IMG/VR virus record: IMGVR_UViG_3300009529_000001 | Span: 1 to 64,000 of that record | DNA length: 64,000 nt | DNA from: a virus | Reading direction: 5' to 3' (one strand) | In this document: positions 46,585-55,944 of the stretch, piece by piece | Position numbering within the stretch: position 1 is the stretch's first letter | How the letters are laid out: each line of letters begins with the position of its first letter | Made by a program: the position numbers and the translations under genes | The notes under the pieces: generated by a model | Told to the model about the DNA's origin: nothing | Database searches by the model: none | The model's input: only the letters and a program-made list of their open reading frames with translations

Positions 46585-48847
46585 TATTAATGATGGATTA
46601 GCAAAAGTTCTTGAAGGTATAGTAGGTAGAGGGAATAAAGTTGATATAAAAGGTAAAGAAACTCTAGAACTTCATCCTTGTTTAATAGAATTTGATAAAC
46701 CTCTTAAACGTACATTGCTTTATCCAGGAAGGGGTAATAATCCTTTCGCTAGTCTTGCTGAAACTTTATGGATTTTAGCAGGACGAAATGACGTTGATTG
46801 GCTAAAATTCTTTTTGCCAAGAGCGCCTGATTGGAGCGATGATGGTGAAGTTTGGAGAGCAGGTTATGGACCTCGATTGAGGCAATGGAAAGCAGAGGGT
46901 GAATGTTCTAGTGAATGGACGTTCATTGATCAAATTAAATATGTCTACGATACACTTAAAAATGATCTAATGAGCAGACAAGCAATAATATCTTTATGGG
47001 ATCCTGGTGAAGAATGTACTGTGGGAAAAACATTAGATTGTCCTTGTTCCAATTGGCTACATTTTATGGTAAGGAGAAAATATAGGCCAGAATTAGCAGA
47101 TATAAAAGACAAACCTGAAACTTGGACTTTCCATCTAGATTGTGAATTTGTGATCAGATCAAATGATGCAATTTGGGGATTCTGTCTTTCCGGTGCTACT
47201 AAAATAAAATTATTGGATGGAACTGTTAAACCTATAAAAGATCTTGTTGATAAACAGTTTTGGGTTTATTCAAAAAATAATGATAAAGAAATAGTACCCG
47301 GAAAAGTTATAAAATGTAAAAAAACAGGAAAGAAAAAAATATTAAAAATAACTTTTAGTGATGGAAGCTTCGTAAGATGTTCTAAAAACCATAAGTTTTT
47401 ATTAAGAGATTGGAAATATAGAAAAGCAAAAAATCTAAAAGTAGGTGATTCAATTGATAGTGTATATTTTAGATTGAATAAAAAAGGTTATGAACAATAT
47501 AACAACGGTGATGGCTGGTTTAATACGCATATAATGGCAAATATTCTGTCGGAAAAGGGAGAATTAGATAGTAATAATAATTTTCATATAACTCACCATA
47601 AAGATTTTGTTAAACGAAATAATAATCCTGAAAATCTTTTATGGCTGGGGAATTATGATCATCATAGTTTTCATGCTGAATTATTGCGTAAAATGTGGCG
47701 GGATCCTAAATATAGAAAATCAAGAAAGAAAGTTATAAAAAAACTTTTAGCTTTTAATAGAAAACAATGGAAAAATCCTGAATATAGAAGAGAAAGACGT
47801 AAAATCTTAAGTGAAAGAATGATCCAATGGTGGGAAGAAGAAAGATTTGATACTGAATTACATAAAGAAGCTGCTAAAAATAATTTAATCAATTACAATA
47901 AATCTTTTAAAGGGCGTAATAAATCTAGAGAGATTGGACAAACATTTGGAACAGATAATTTTAAGAAATATCACAAAACGGGCGGACATTTAAAAACTTT
48001 AGCAAAAATTCATAGAGAAAAATTAAACAATACTCCAAAAATTAAATTTAAACGCACTAGAACTAGAATCCTTAATGTTTTTAATGAATTGAAAAAAAGA
48101 TTCTTAGAATTTAATGAAGAAAATTATTTTAATTATAAACCAATGGGTAATCCTGGATGGAAAAAAGTTTTTGAATATTTTAAAGATTTGGATGAAATAA
48201 ATGAATGCTTAGAAAATTATAATCACATAGTTACTTCTATAAAATCTGACGGTTATGAAGATACTTATGATTTGGAAGTAGAAGATTATCACAATTTTGT
48301 ATTGGAAAATGGTGTTATCGTTCACAATTCTAATATTAATTTTTATGAATGGAGTGTATTACAAGAAATATTAGCAAGTGTATTAGGTATAGAAATTGGG
48401 ACATTTTATTATTATGTATCAAGTATACATGTTTACAAACATCATTGGAAACGTGTTAAAAAATTATTGGAAAATAAAGAAAAATTTGTAGACAATCTTC
48501 CTGAATTTAGATTTTGTAGAGGGCAAATTAATCTTGATAAATATTTGGAAGACTGTGAAATGTTATGTAAATATGTAGAAGAAATAATAATAAATGATAA
48601 GAAAAAACTTAAATATTTTATACCTTTTCATGGGGAGAGAGGATCTACTTTAAACGATATTGCTTGTTTATTGTCAGTTTTTGTAAAAATGAAACAAAAC
48701 GATAATGCTTGGAGAAAAACTTTGCATTGTATTCCATTTTCTGATTTAAAAGTATCTTGTTATTACTATGCAATGAAAAATATTTTTAAATACAAAGATT
48801 ATACAATTCAAGAAGCAATAGAAAAGGTGCAAAAAAATGAGTATTAA
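46562..48847 (+). CDS. Thymidylate-synthase-family deoxynucleotide hydroxymethylase with intein (mature ~379 aa)
   Basis: NNPFASLAETLWILAGRND, YGPRL, SRQAIISLWDP, DCPC, RSNDAIWGF|SNINFYEW, SIHVY. Confidence 0.9.
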   Translation: MEVIQANSINDGLAKVLEGIVGRGNKVDIKGKETLELHPCLIEFDKPLKRTLLYPGRGNNPFASLAETLWILAGRNDVDWLKFFLPRAPDWSDDGEVWRAGYGPRLRQWKAEGECSSEWTFIDQIKYVYDTLKNDLMSRQAIISLWDPGEECTVGKTLDCPCSNWLHFMVRRKYRPELADIKDKPETWTFHLDCEFVIRSNDAIWGFCLSGATKIKLLDGTVKPIKDLVDKQFWVYSKNNDKEIVPGKVIKCKKTGKKKILKITFSDGSFVRCSKNHKFLLRDWKYRKAKNLKVGDSIDSVYFRLNKKGYEQYNNGDGWFNTHIMANILSEKGELDSNNNFHITHHKDFVKRNNNPENLLWLGNYDHHSFHAELLRKMWRDPKYRKSRKKVIKKLLAFNRKQWKNPEYRRERRKILSERMIQWWEEERFDTELHKEAAKNNLINYNKSFKGRNKSREIGQTFGTDNFKKYHKTGGHLKTLAKIHREKLNNTPKIKFKRTRTRILNVFNELKKRFLEFNEENYFNYKPMGNPGWKKVFEYFKDLDEINECLENYNHIVTSIKSDGYEDTYDLEVEDYHNFVLENGVIVHNSNINFYEWSVLQEILASVLGIEIGTFYYYVSSIHVYKHHWKRVKKLLENKEKFVDNLPEFRFCRGQINLDKYLEDCEMLCKYVEEIIINDKKKLKYFIPFHGERGSTLNDIACLLSVFVKMKQNDNAWRKTLHCIPFSDLKVSCYYYAMKNIFKYKDYTIQEAIEKVQKNEY
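47183..48328 (+). mobile_element. Intein (382 aa) with HNH-type homing endonuclease
   Basis: CLSGAT, CSKNHKF, HHKDFVKRNNNPENL (HNH), TYDLEVEDYHNFVLENGVIVHN|S. Confidence 0.95.
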
Positions 48848-50891
48848 TATTGATCATGGAAAAGATGTTAGAGATACATGGACGCATACTGCTCCTCCTG
48901 TAAAAAGAAACCATGTTGAAGAGCGATTTTGTCTTAATGCTGATATTAAAAAACTTCTGTATTCTAATCCTCAAGAATTTGGGTATGATTATTTTGGAGA
49001 ATTTATTTTCTATAGAACTTATAGTAGGTCGAAAGAAGATGGAACAAATGAATCTTGGGCTGATGTTGTAATCAGAGTGACAGAAGGTACATTTTCTATT
49101 AGAAAAGACTGGTATAAGAAATGCGGTATAAGATGGAATGAAAACGCGGCTCAAAGTTATGCTCGGAAATTTGCACTATCACTTTTCAATATAAAATGGA
49201 CTCCACCTGGACGTGGTCTTTGGGCAATGGGCACAGATTATGTATACAAACGTGGATCCGCTGCTTTGTATAATTGCGCCTACGTAACAATTAAAGACCT
49301 TCCTGGAGATGCTCATTGGTTAATGGATATGTTGATGAATGGAGTAGGTGTAGGATTTGGAATCGGTGATAATTTTAATCAATGCTTACAATTTCCTAAT
49401 CCTGATAAACATTTGGAAGTAGTTATTGGAGATGACAGAGAAGGATGGTGTGAATCTGTTAGATTATTATTACAATCTTATATTATACCTGGATTTTCTA
49501 CAGTAAAATTTAATTATAGTAAAATAAGAAAAGCTGGTCTTCTTATAAAAGGATTTGGTGGATTAAGTTCTGGACCTGAACCTTTAATACAATTACATGA
49601 GAGAATAAGAAAATATTGTTCAGATTATATTGGAATGAAAAATAGCGAAACAAGATTGATCACAGATATTATAAATGCAATAGGATGCTGTGTTGTTGCA
49701 GGAAATGTCAGACGATCAGCGGAAATTGCTGTAGGTTCTATATATGATGAAGTATTTTTAAATCTTAAAAATTATGATAAATATCCCGAAAGAAAAGATA
49801 TTGGATGGATGTCAAATAATTCTGTATGGTTAAAGAAAACAGAGGATTTTGCGTATCTTCCTCAGATAGCAAAACGCATTATTGAAAATGGAGAACCTGG
49901 ATTTGTGAATGGAATCAACGTAAAAGAATATGGAAGAGTTGGTAAAAAAGATGTTGTGCGAGAAGATGAAGCAGAAGGAATAAATCCTTGTGGTGAAGTT
50001 CCGTTGGAAAGCTGTGAGGTATGTAACCTTTCGGAGACCTATCCAACAAGATGTAATAGTTGGGAAGATTGGTTAGATGCTTGTGAACATGCAACGTTTT
50101 ATTGTTCTACTGTAGCTTTACTTCCTACACATAGATCAGAAACAAATGCTGTGGTAGCAAGAAATAGAAGGATTGGTGTAGGATTAGTTGATTTTAGTGG
50201 ATGGAAAGAACAAACAAATCTTACTGAGATTACTACGCTGCTGCGTAAGGGCTACAAACATATAAGGTCGGTTAATAAGCGTCTAGCGGCCGAAGCTGGC
50301 GTCCCAGAAAGCATTAGAGTAACGGTTGTAAAACCGGGCGGTACTGTGCCAAAGCTTGCAGGCAGAACAAGCGGTATAGGACATCCTACATTTATTTATA
50401 CTATTAGAAGGGTGAGAATTCAAAACAATAGTCCTATAGCAAAATTTCTTGCAGACCATAATGTGCCTTATGAAAAAGATAAATATAGTGATAATACTTT
50501 GGTGTTTGAATTTCCTATTAAACAGGGTCCAGCAAAACCTGCGAGTGAAGTAAGATTATGGGAACAGGCAATGAACGTTGTACTAATACAGAGGGAGTGG
50601 GCTGATAATGCTGTATCAAATACCATTATGTTCAATCCTGAAACAGAGGCAAAAGAAGTAGAATCTGTAATTGCATGTATAGCTCCTTTGGTCAAGTCAA
50701 TTTCAATGTGTCCACACAGTACAAGAGGAGCCTATGAACAGATGCCCGAGGAAGGATGTAGTAAAGAAGAATACGAAAAAAGGTTAAGCGATATTAAAAA
50801 GATGGATTGGTCCAAATATTCTGGAACAGATGGAATGGATACAAAATTTTGTGATGGGGAGGCTTGTGAATTAGATGTTCAAAATTCTTAA
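48837..50891 (+). CDS. nrdJ: Class II (B12-dependent) ribonucleotide reductase
   Basis: RTYSR, PPGRGLW, LYNC, VRRSAEI, NPCGE, CNL, VKPGGT, WADNAVSNT. Confidence 0.95.
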   Translation: MSINIDHGKDVRDTWTHTAPPVKRNHVEERFCLNADIKKLLYSNPQEFGYDYFGEFIFYRTYSRSKEDGTNESWADVVIRVTEGTFSIRKDWYKKCGIRWNENAAQSYARKFALSLFNIKWTPPGRGLWAMGTDYVYKRGSAALYNCAYVTIKDLPGDAHWLMDMLMNGVGVGFGIGDNFNQCLQFPNPDKHLEVVIGDDREGWCESVRLLLQSYIIPGFSTVKFNYSKIRKAGLLIKGFGGLSSGPEPLIQLHERIRKYCSDYIGMKNSETRLITDIINAIGCCVVAGNVRRSAEIAVGSIYDEVFLNLKNYDKYPERKDIGWMSNNSVWLKKTEDFAYLPQIAKRIIENGEPGFVNGINVKEYGRVGKKDVVREDEAEGINPCGEVPLESCEVCNLSETYPTRCNSWEDWLDACEHATFYCSTVALLPTHRSETNAVVARNRRIGVGLVDFSGWKEQTNLTEITTLLRKGYKHIRSVNKRLAAEAGVPESIRVTVVKPGGTVPKLAGRTSGIGHPTFIYTIRRVRIQNNSPIAKFLADHNVPYEKDKYSDNTLVFEFPIKQGPAKPASEVRLWEQAMNVVLIQREWADNAVSNTIMFNPETEAKEVESVIACIAPLVKSISMCPHSTRGAYEQMPEEGCSKEEYEKRLSDIKKMDWSKYSGTDGMDTKFCDGEACELDVQNS

Positions 50892-50902
50892 AGGAGAAGA
50901 TC

Positions 50903-51142
50903 ATGGCTGATGAAGAGAAAGTTGAAAAAAAGAAGAAGAGTTGGAAGACTACGATTTGTGGTATTGTGGTAGGATTGGGACTCATTATTAAAGCATTTAC
51001 GCCAATGTTGGATGGAATTGAAGAGACTGTGTTTTCTTTGAAAGAAGCATGGCCGATCATTATTACTGGACTCGGAGCAATGGGAATCGGTTGGTTTGCG
51101 CGTGATAACAAGGTAAGTTCTGAAGATGCAGGAGTTAAGTAA
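50903..51142 (+). CDS. Putative holin (2 TM)
   Basis: AAGGAG RBS; SWKTT..G TM1, TM2 ending FARDNKVSSE. Confidence 0.65.
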   Translation: MADEEKVEKKKKSWKTTICGIVVGLGLIIKAFTPMLDGIEETVFSLKEAWPIIITGLGAMGIGWFARDNKVSSEDAGVK

Positions 51143-51324
51143 TGGGTTGGATCAGCGAAATTATAAAAGGCATTGCCCATCTACTGAAAGTCTTTTTTGG
51201 TATGGATAAACCTGAAGAAAAGGAAATAAAAGATGCTCCTACGCCGGATGCTCTTAAGCCTACTGATGATGAGCTTGATGCTGGTCTCGGGATGCATAAC
51301 AATCGGTCCGAGAATAAAAACTGA
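51142..51324 (+). CDS. Putative i-spanin-like small protein
   Basis: N-terminal amphipathic/hydrophobic helix; overlapped by the lipoprotein ORF. Confidence 0.45.
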   Translation: MGWISEIIKGIAHLLKVFFGMDKPEEKEIKDAPTPDALKPTDDELDAGLGMHNNRSENKN

Positions 51325-51538
51325 ATTCGTCATTGTTCGTCTTGGCAATCCAGTTCAAGTTCTTGATAATAAAGTTGTAAGATGCAGACGAGTAGGTGAT
51401 AAGTCCATAGGTGAACAAGACATAGGCGGTTGGTATGCGATGCCTGAAGATTCCTTTAATAGAATGATGAAGTTAGCTACGATAGGGAAAAAATATGAAA
51501 AAGAAGAAAAGCGAGAAAAAGAAGAGGGTAATCCGTAG
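51233..51538 (+). CDS. Lipoprotein, putative o-spanin
   Basis: Signal peptide with lipobox LVSGC; starts inside previous ORF in another frame. Confidence 0.6.
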   Translation: MLLRRMLLSLLMMSLMLVSGCITIGPRIKTEFVIVRLGNPVQVLDNKVVRCRRVGDKSIGEQDIGGWYAMPEDSFNRMMKLATIGKKYEKEEKREKEEGNP

Positions 51539-51878
51539 AATTCAAAGATATGTTGATGAAGCGAATGGAACAGAAGTTAGATGTTATACCCGTGTTGGAG
51601 CAAAAAAAGATATCTTTTTTACAACTCCTGTTAAAGCTATAACAGGACAAATAGTAGAAGTGAAAATTGAGGATGCGCATACTGTAGATGGCGCATACGA
51701 TAAATTAGAAGCTAGTGTGGAAAAGTTTGGAAAAGAAATGGAAGAAAAATTTAAGAAAAAACTTCAAGAAAAACAGAAGAAAATAATTAAAGCTGGTATG
51801 TCTCCTGATGAACTTATGGATATTGTCCAAAAACAAGGCATGGATGAAGAAGATATTAAAGGTATTATAATCCCATGA
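51495..51878 (+). CDS. Hypothetical protein
   Basis: Coupled ORF. Confidence 0.6.
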   Translation: MKKKKSEKKKRVIRRIQRYVDEANGTEVRCYTRVGAKKDIFFTTPVKAITGQIVEVKIEDAHTVDGAYDKLEASVEKFGKEMEEKFKKKLQEKQKKIIKAGMSPDELMDIVQKQGMDEEDIKGIIIP

Positions 51879-52414
51879 ATAGAAATATTGATTTAGACGG
51901 AAATATTGGTCATAGAATAGCTATACTTATAGATGTAGAAAATGTTTATAAGATAGCAAAAAGGTTCCGAGATTCACGACTTAATTATGAAAAATTTTTG
52001 AAATGGGTTGCTGGAGAATATAGTGTCACTATTGCTACAGCTTATGTGTTAATGGATCCTGGTAATATAGAAAATGAAAAAAAGTTTTTAAGCGCATTAA
52101 GATTATCAGGTTATGATATCAGAACAAAACCTGCTTGGTTTAAAAAATCTAATTTAGATGAAGAGAAGGTTCCTAGGAATGATTGGGTTTTAGGAATTTC
52201 TTTGGACGCTATAACATTATCTCATAAGGTAGATACTATAGCTATAGTCAGTAGTAATAGAAACTTTGTTGAAACTTGTTATTATTTGAAAAATAAAGTA
52301 AGAATAGAAATAATATCTATTAAAGACGCTATAGATCCAGTTTTGTTAAAAGCGTGTACTGAGTTTAATGAAATCAACGAAGAATGTTTTGATCCTTTTA
52401 ATAGAGAAGATTAA
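51875..52414 (+). CDS. NYN/LabA (DUF88) domain protein with degenerate active site
   Basis: AILIDVENV, DW..GISLDA; VSSNRNF in place of VSGDxDF. Confidence 0.82.
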   Translation: MNRNIDLDGNIGHRIAILIDVENVYKIAKRFRDSRLNYEKFLKWVAGEYSVTIATAYVLMDPGNIENEKKFLSALRLSGYDIRTKPAWFKKSNLDEEKVPRNDWVLGISLDAITLSHKVDTIAIVSSNRNFVETCYYLKNKVRIEIISIKDAIDPVLLKACTEFNEINEECFDPFNRED

Positions 52415-52698
52415 TGATTACAGTAAAATATCAATGCCAAAACTGTGAATATATTGAAAAGCATTATCTTAAAAATAAAAATTGGGATGATGCTGCAAAA
52501 TTTATAGATTGTCCAAAGTGTGGATTTTTATCCGAAAAACTATTTCCATGTCCACGGCATGAAATAAAAGAAACCAATGAACCTTTCAGTGCAAAGCCCG
52601 GAAGTTATTGGAGGAATGCAGAAAAAAATCGTCAAAAAGTTGCAAGAAAAAAAGCTGAAGCCGAAGCAGAAAAGAAACGTTATGGCAAAAAAGATTGA
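52414..52698 (+). CDS. FmdB-like zinc-ribbon protein
   Basis: YQCQNC...CPKCG. Confidence 0.7.
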   Translation: MITVKYQCQNCEYIEKHYLKNKNWDDAAKFIDCPKCGFLSEKLFPCPRHEIKETNEPFSAKPGSYWRNAEKNRQKVARKKAEAEAEKKRYGKKD

Positions 52699-53686
52699 TG
52701 CGAAGGAATTTATTTTACAACTTTTAGAAGAAGCAAATTGTCGTGGAATTCATCCAGTAGGTAAAGAAAATTTTAATTGTCAATGTCCATTTCATAGACC
52801 TAAGAAAAATACAACAGCTTTTGGAATATCTTTTGTTAATGAAGAATTTGGTTATCCTTTCAGATGTTTTAGTTGTGGAATAACTGGAACAATAATATCT
52901 TTAATTGTTTTTTTGAAAAAATGCTCTTATAAGCAAGCTGAAAATATATTTTATAAAAGAGTTTTAATAACTCCTGCTGATACGAAAACACTTAAAAGAA
53001 AATTGAAAAATATTAAATATAGAATGGATGAATCTATAGATCATAAACTTAAACTTGAATTACCGAAAAGATCTAATAAAAATAAAAAAATGTGGAATTA
53101 TCTAAAGGAACGCAATGAAGAAAAACACCATACTTTGTTGTTTCCTGAGTATCTGGTGGGTAAGTACCTTCTCTATTACTGCAATACTGGATTCTATTCT
53201 CGTCGGATCATTATGCCTATCCGTGACATGGATGGGACTGTTATATACCTTACCAACAGAGCTATTGACGACAACGAGACAAGAAAAACTTTGCATCCAC
53301 CAGGATTTAACAATGAAGAATATGTCCATGGATTGTATGAAGCAAGAGAAAAGAAAAAGGTAATAGTAGTTGAAGGTCCATTTGATATGTTCCAATTAGT
53401 TTGCGGATCATTAAGAATAAAAAGGAAGGATATTGGTATAATATCTATTTTAGGCACAGAGATGAATGAAGAACGTGCAAGCATTATTTCTGATACATTT
53501 GAAGAAGCTTATTTATTATTTGATCAGGATGAAGCGGGTTGGATAGCTGATAAAAAAGGTAAAAATATTCTTGGTGACTATATGAAGGTAACATCTTTGC
53601 ATGGATCAATAAATCGTGGAAAAGACCCCGGTTCATGCAATATGAGGCTGTTAAGACGAGTTTTTAATCAAATAGCCGAAAACTAA
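52682..53686 (+). CDS. dnaG: DNA primase (CHC2 zinc finger + TOPRIM)
   Basis: CPFH...CFSCG, RIIMPI, VVEGPFD, FDQDEAG, KDPG. Start ATG 52682. Confidence 0.93.
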   Translation: MAKKIDAKEFILQLLEEANCRGIHPVGKENFNCQCPFHRPKKNTTAFGISFVNEEFGYPFRCFSCGITGTIISLIVFLKKCSYKQAENIFYKRVLITPADTKTLKRKLKNIKYRMDESIDHKLKLELPKRSNKNKKMWNYLKERNEEKHHTLLFPEYLVGKYLLYYCNTGFYSRRIIMPIRDMDGTVIYLTNRAIDDNETRKTLHPPGFNNEEYVHGLYEAREKKKVIVVEGPFDMFQLVCGSLRIKRKDIGIISILGTEMNEERASIISDTFEEAYLLFDQDEAGWIADKKGKNILGDYMKVTSLHGSINRGKDPGSCNMRLLRRVFNQIAEN

Positions 53687-53694
53687 GCAAAACT

Positions 53695-53764
53695 GGAACG
53701 TTGTAGTGCCCATAGGACGATCAGAAATAAGTAAGGTATACCAAGGGTAGGGGGTTAAAATGGC
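53695..53764 (+). repeat. Dispersed intergenic element, copy B
   Basis: See copy A at 19998-20066. Confidence 0.75.
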
Positions 53765-53766
53765 CT

Positions 53767-53886
53767 ATGAACAACGACGAATCAAGAGATATCTTCTTAG
53801 GGATTTTGATTATAACGGTGATATTATCTGTCTTCATAGGGTTGACATGTATAGTAGTATATGGATTAAAATGGTTATTTTTTTAG
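53767..53886 (+). CDS. Small single-TM protein (39 aa)
   Basis: MNNDESRDIFLGILIITVILSVFIGLTCIVVYGLKWLFF; not in ORF track. Confidence 0.45.
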   Translation: MNNDESRDIFLGILIITVILSVFIGLTCIVVYGLKWLFF

Positions 53887-53895
53887 GATTATATT

Positions 53896-54118
53896 ATGGC
53901 AAAAGAAGATTTTGAAAAAGAAGAATTTATAAGGAAGTTGGCAAAGAAAAAAAGGATTTAATGTACATAAAGAAGTTGTGCATACTTATCATCTTCATGA
54001 AGATGTTAAGCGTAATGGAGAATTTTCTGTAATAGCTAATCAAGATAGGAAAAAAGCTCAAAAATCAGTAATAAGATTTTTAAGGACAAAAGAAGATAAG
54101 GGGGAATTAAATGATTAG
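53896..54118 (+). pseudogene. ORF interrupted by a +1 frameshift in an A7 run
   Basis: Removing one A at 53947-53953 gives a 73-aa ORF overlapping the next start. Confidence 0.5.
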
Positions 54119-54389
54119 AAAAACTCTTCAGGATGATTTAAATAATATAGCTGGAGATCTTAAGACCCTTATCAAAAGACAAAAGAAGAAAAAGCCTAAG
54201 AAAAAACCCAAAAAGAAACCTAAGAAAAAACCCAAAAAGAAACCTAAGAAAAAACCAGCACAAGACGGAAGTGGTGGTGGTGAAGGTCAACCCGGAGGAG
54301 GGAGAAGAAATCGTAATCCTAAACCTTGTCCAACTGATGGACCTGGACAAGGACGTGGTGGTGGAAGAGGAGGAGGGAGAAATAGATAA
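54111..54389 (+). CDS. Basic (KKKP)n, Gly/Arg-rich protein
   Basis: Six KKKP units (12-bp tandem repeat ~54186-54257); GRGGGRGGGR tail. Confidence 0.7.
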   Translation: MIRKTLQDDLNNIAGDLKTLIKRQKKKKPKKKPKKKPKKKPKKKPKKKPAQDGSGGGEGQPGGGRRNRNPKPCPTDGPGQGRGGGRGGGRNR

Positions 54390-54610
54390 TGCCATTTTCT
54401 ATTAGAAAACAACGTTGTAAAAAAGCTGATGGTTCTAAAGGGAATTATGTAGTATATCGGACAGACACTGGGAAAAAAGTATCTTGTCATTCAACAAGAG
54501 CGAAAGCTGAAGCTGCCATGCGAGCAAGAATAGCAGGATCTGAAGATCTTAGTTTAGATATTCGGGAAGAAATTAAAAAAGATATGGACAATATTGAGGA
54601 GAAATTATGA
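54389..54610 (+). CDS. Small conserved phage protein
   Basis: TAATG-coupled; VVYRTDTGKKVSCHSTRAKAEA pattern. Confidence 0.65.
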   Translation: MPFSIRKQRCKKADGSKGNYVVYRTDTGKKVSCHSTRAKAEAAMRARIAGSEDLSLDIREEIKKDMDNIEEKL

Positions 54611-55044
54611 AAAAAGAAAAAAAGTCTGGTAAAAAGAAGAAACGTGTTAATTTTCCTTGGTTGAAAAAAAAACAAACGAAAACTTTGAAGTATTTCCTTG
54701 CTTATTATCTTGACAAAATAGGTTTTGCTAAGGTCATAAGAGGAAAACTAAGTTTCGGAAGTTATGTGCAAAAAAAAGTTATTCCTGTTGTGCGTCGAAA
54801 ATTTCCTTCAGCTTACAGGATTGTCAAGAAACATTATAAGGAACATGGAAGGAAATTGAGTCGGAAGGAATTTAATAACTTGATTTTCCTTAGAATCTCT
54901 GCTATGTTTAAGTATCGGAAGGGAGATAAAAAAATCGAGAAAACTTCCGAACATCCTTTGAAATCTAAGAAAAAAAATATGAAGTGTTCTGGACTTGCCA
55001 AGTTATTAATAGAAATGGATAAAACTTATGAAGAAGTTAAGTAA
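54607..55044 (+). CDS. Basic hypothetical protein
   Basis: Coupled ORF with GAGG RBS. Confidence 0.6.
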   Translation: MKKEKKSGKKKKRVNFPWLKKKQTKTLKYFLAYYLDKIGFAKVIRGKLSFGSYVQKKVIPVVRRKFPSAYRIVKKHYKEHGRKLSRKEFNNLIFLRISAMFKYRKGDKKIEKTSEHPLKSKKKNMKCSGLAKLLIEMDKTYEEVK

Positions 55045-55555
55045 GATATTGATAGACCTTGACGGTGTGCTTGCTGAAAACGGAGCGTTTCCTGAAGTTG
55101 GTGAACCGACTAAAGGAATGCGTGATTTTGTTGAAAAATGTATAACGAAAGGAATTAAAGTAATATTATGGTCAGCGCGGTTTAATGGTGGTGAAGAAGG
55201 ACATAATCAATTTGGAACAACTTGTAGAGATCAACTTTTAAAAGTTAATGATTGGATTTTTAATGAATTTAAGTCTGCGGTTAATGATTTTTGTGTTCAC
55301 GAAAAAGCTTGGAGTGAAGCAGATCATCATGCTGATGTATTAATTGATGATAGATGTATAGAATTTTTAAATGCTGATTATTTAGAAAAAAGATTGTTTG
55401 AAAGCAGAGATGAAATATTAGCTAAAGCTATGTATGAAGAAACAAAAGATGAAGATTTTAATATCGTGTGTGACGTTGAAGTAGCAGATGGTGAAGGCTT
55501 TGATAAAGAATACATTTTAATGCGTGTTTTGGAAATGAGAGCAAAGGATAAATAA
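55028..55555 (+). CDS. HAD-superfamily phosphatase
   Basis: IDLDGVL, WSAR, LIDDR. Confidence 0.85.
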   Translation: MKKLSKILIDLDGVLAENGAFPEVGEPTKGMRDFVEKCITKGIKVILWSARFNGGEEGHNQFGTTCRDQLLKVNDWIFNEFKSAVNDFCVHEKAWSEADHHADVLIDDRCIEFLNADYLEKRLFESRDEILAKAMYEETKDEDFNIVCDVEVADGEGFDKEYILMRVLEMRAKDK

Positions 55556-55896
55556 TGTCAATATATTTTACAGATTTTAAAGTTCAAATTAAGAAAGAAA
55601 ATCTTCCCGATGGATGGGATGTACAAAAAAAATATAAAGTTCTTGCAATTGAAGAAGAAGAGACCACTGTTACCATAGATAAAAATGCGAGTATTAGAAA
55701 AAGAATAAAAAATCTTAAACCTTCTGAAATTGATGAAGACGATGAAGATGCCATTGAAGAAAGGTTTGAAGTACCTATGAATGAAAGCAATGAAAGAAAA
55801 GAAGTACAAACAATTCTTTATTTTTTACTTGGTAATCTAAAAACTGGAGAGTTAAGATTTTTTGCGGATGAAGAAGTAAAGTATGCTGAAGACTAA
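55555..55896 (+). CDS. Hypothetical acidic protein
   Basis: TAATG-coupled ORF. Confidence 0.65.
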   Translation: MSIYFTDFKVQIKKENLPDGWDVQKKYKVLAIEEEETTVTIDKNASIRKRIKNLKPSEIDEDDEDAIEERFEVPMNESNERKEVQTILYFLLGNLKTGELRFFADEEVKYAED

Positions 55897-55944
55897 AGAA
55901 TGATATTAACATATAGACTTTAAGACTTATAAGAGGAGAAGTAA

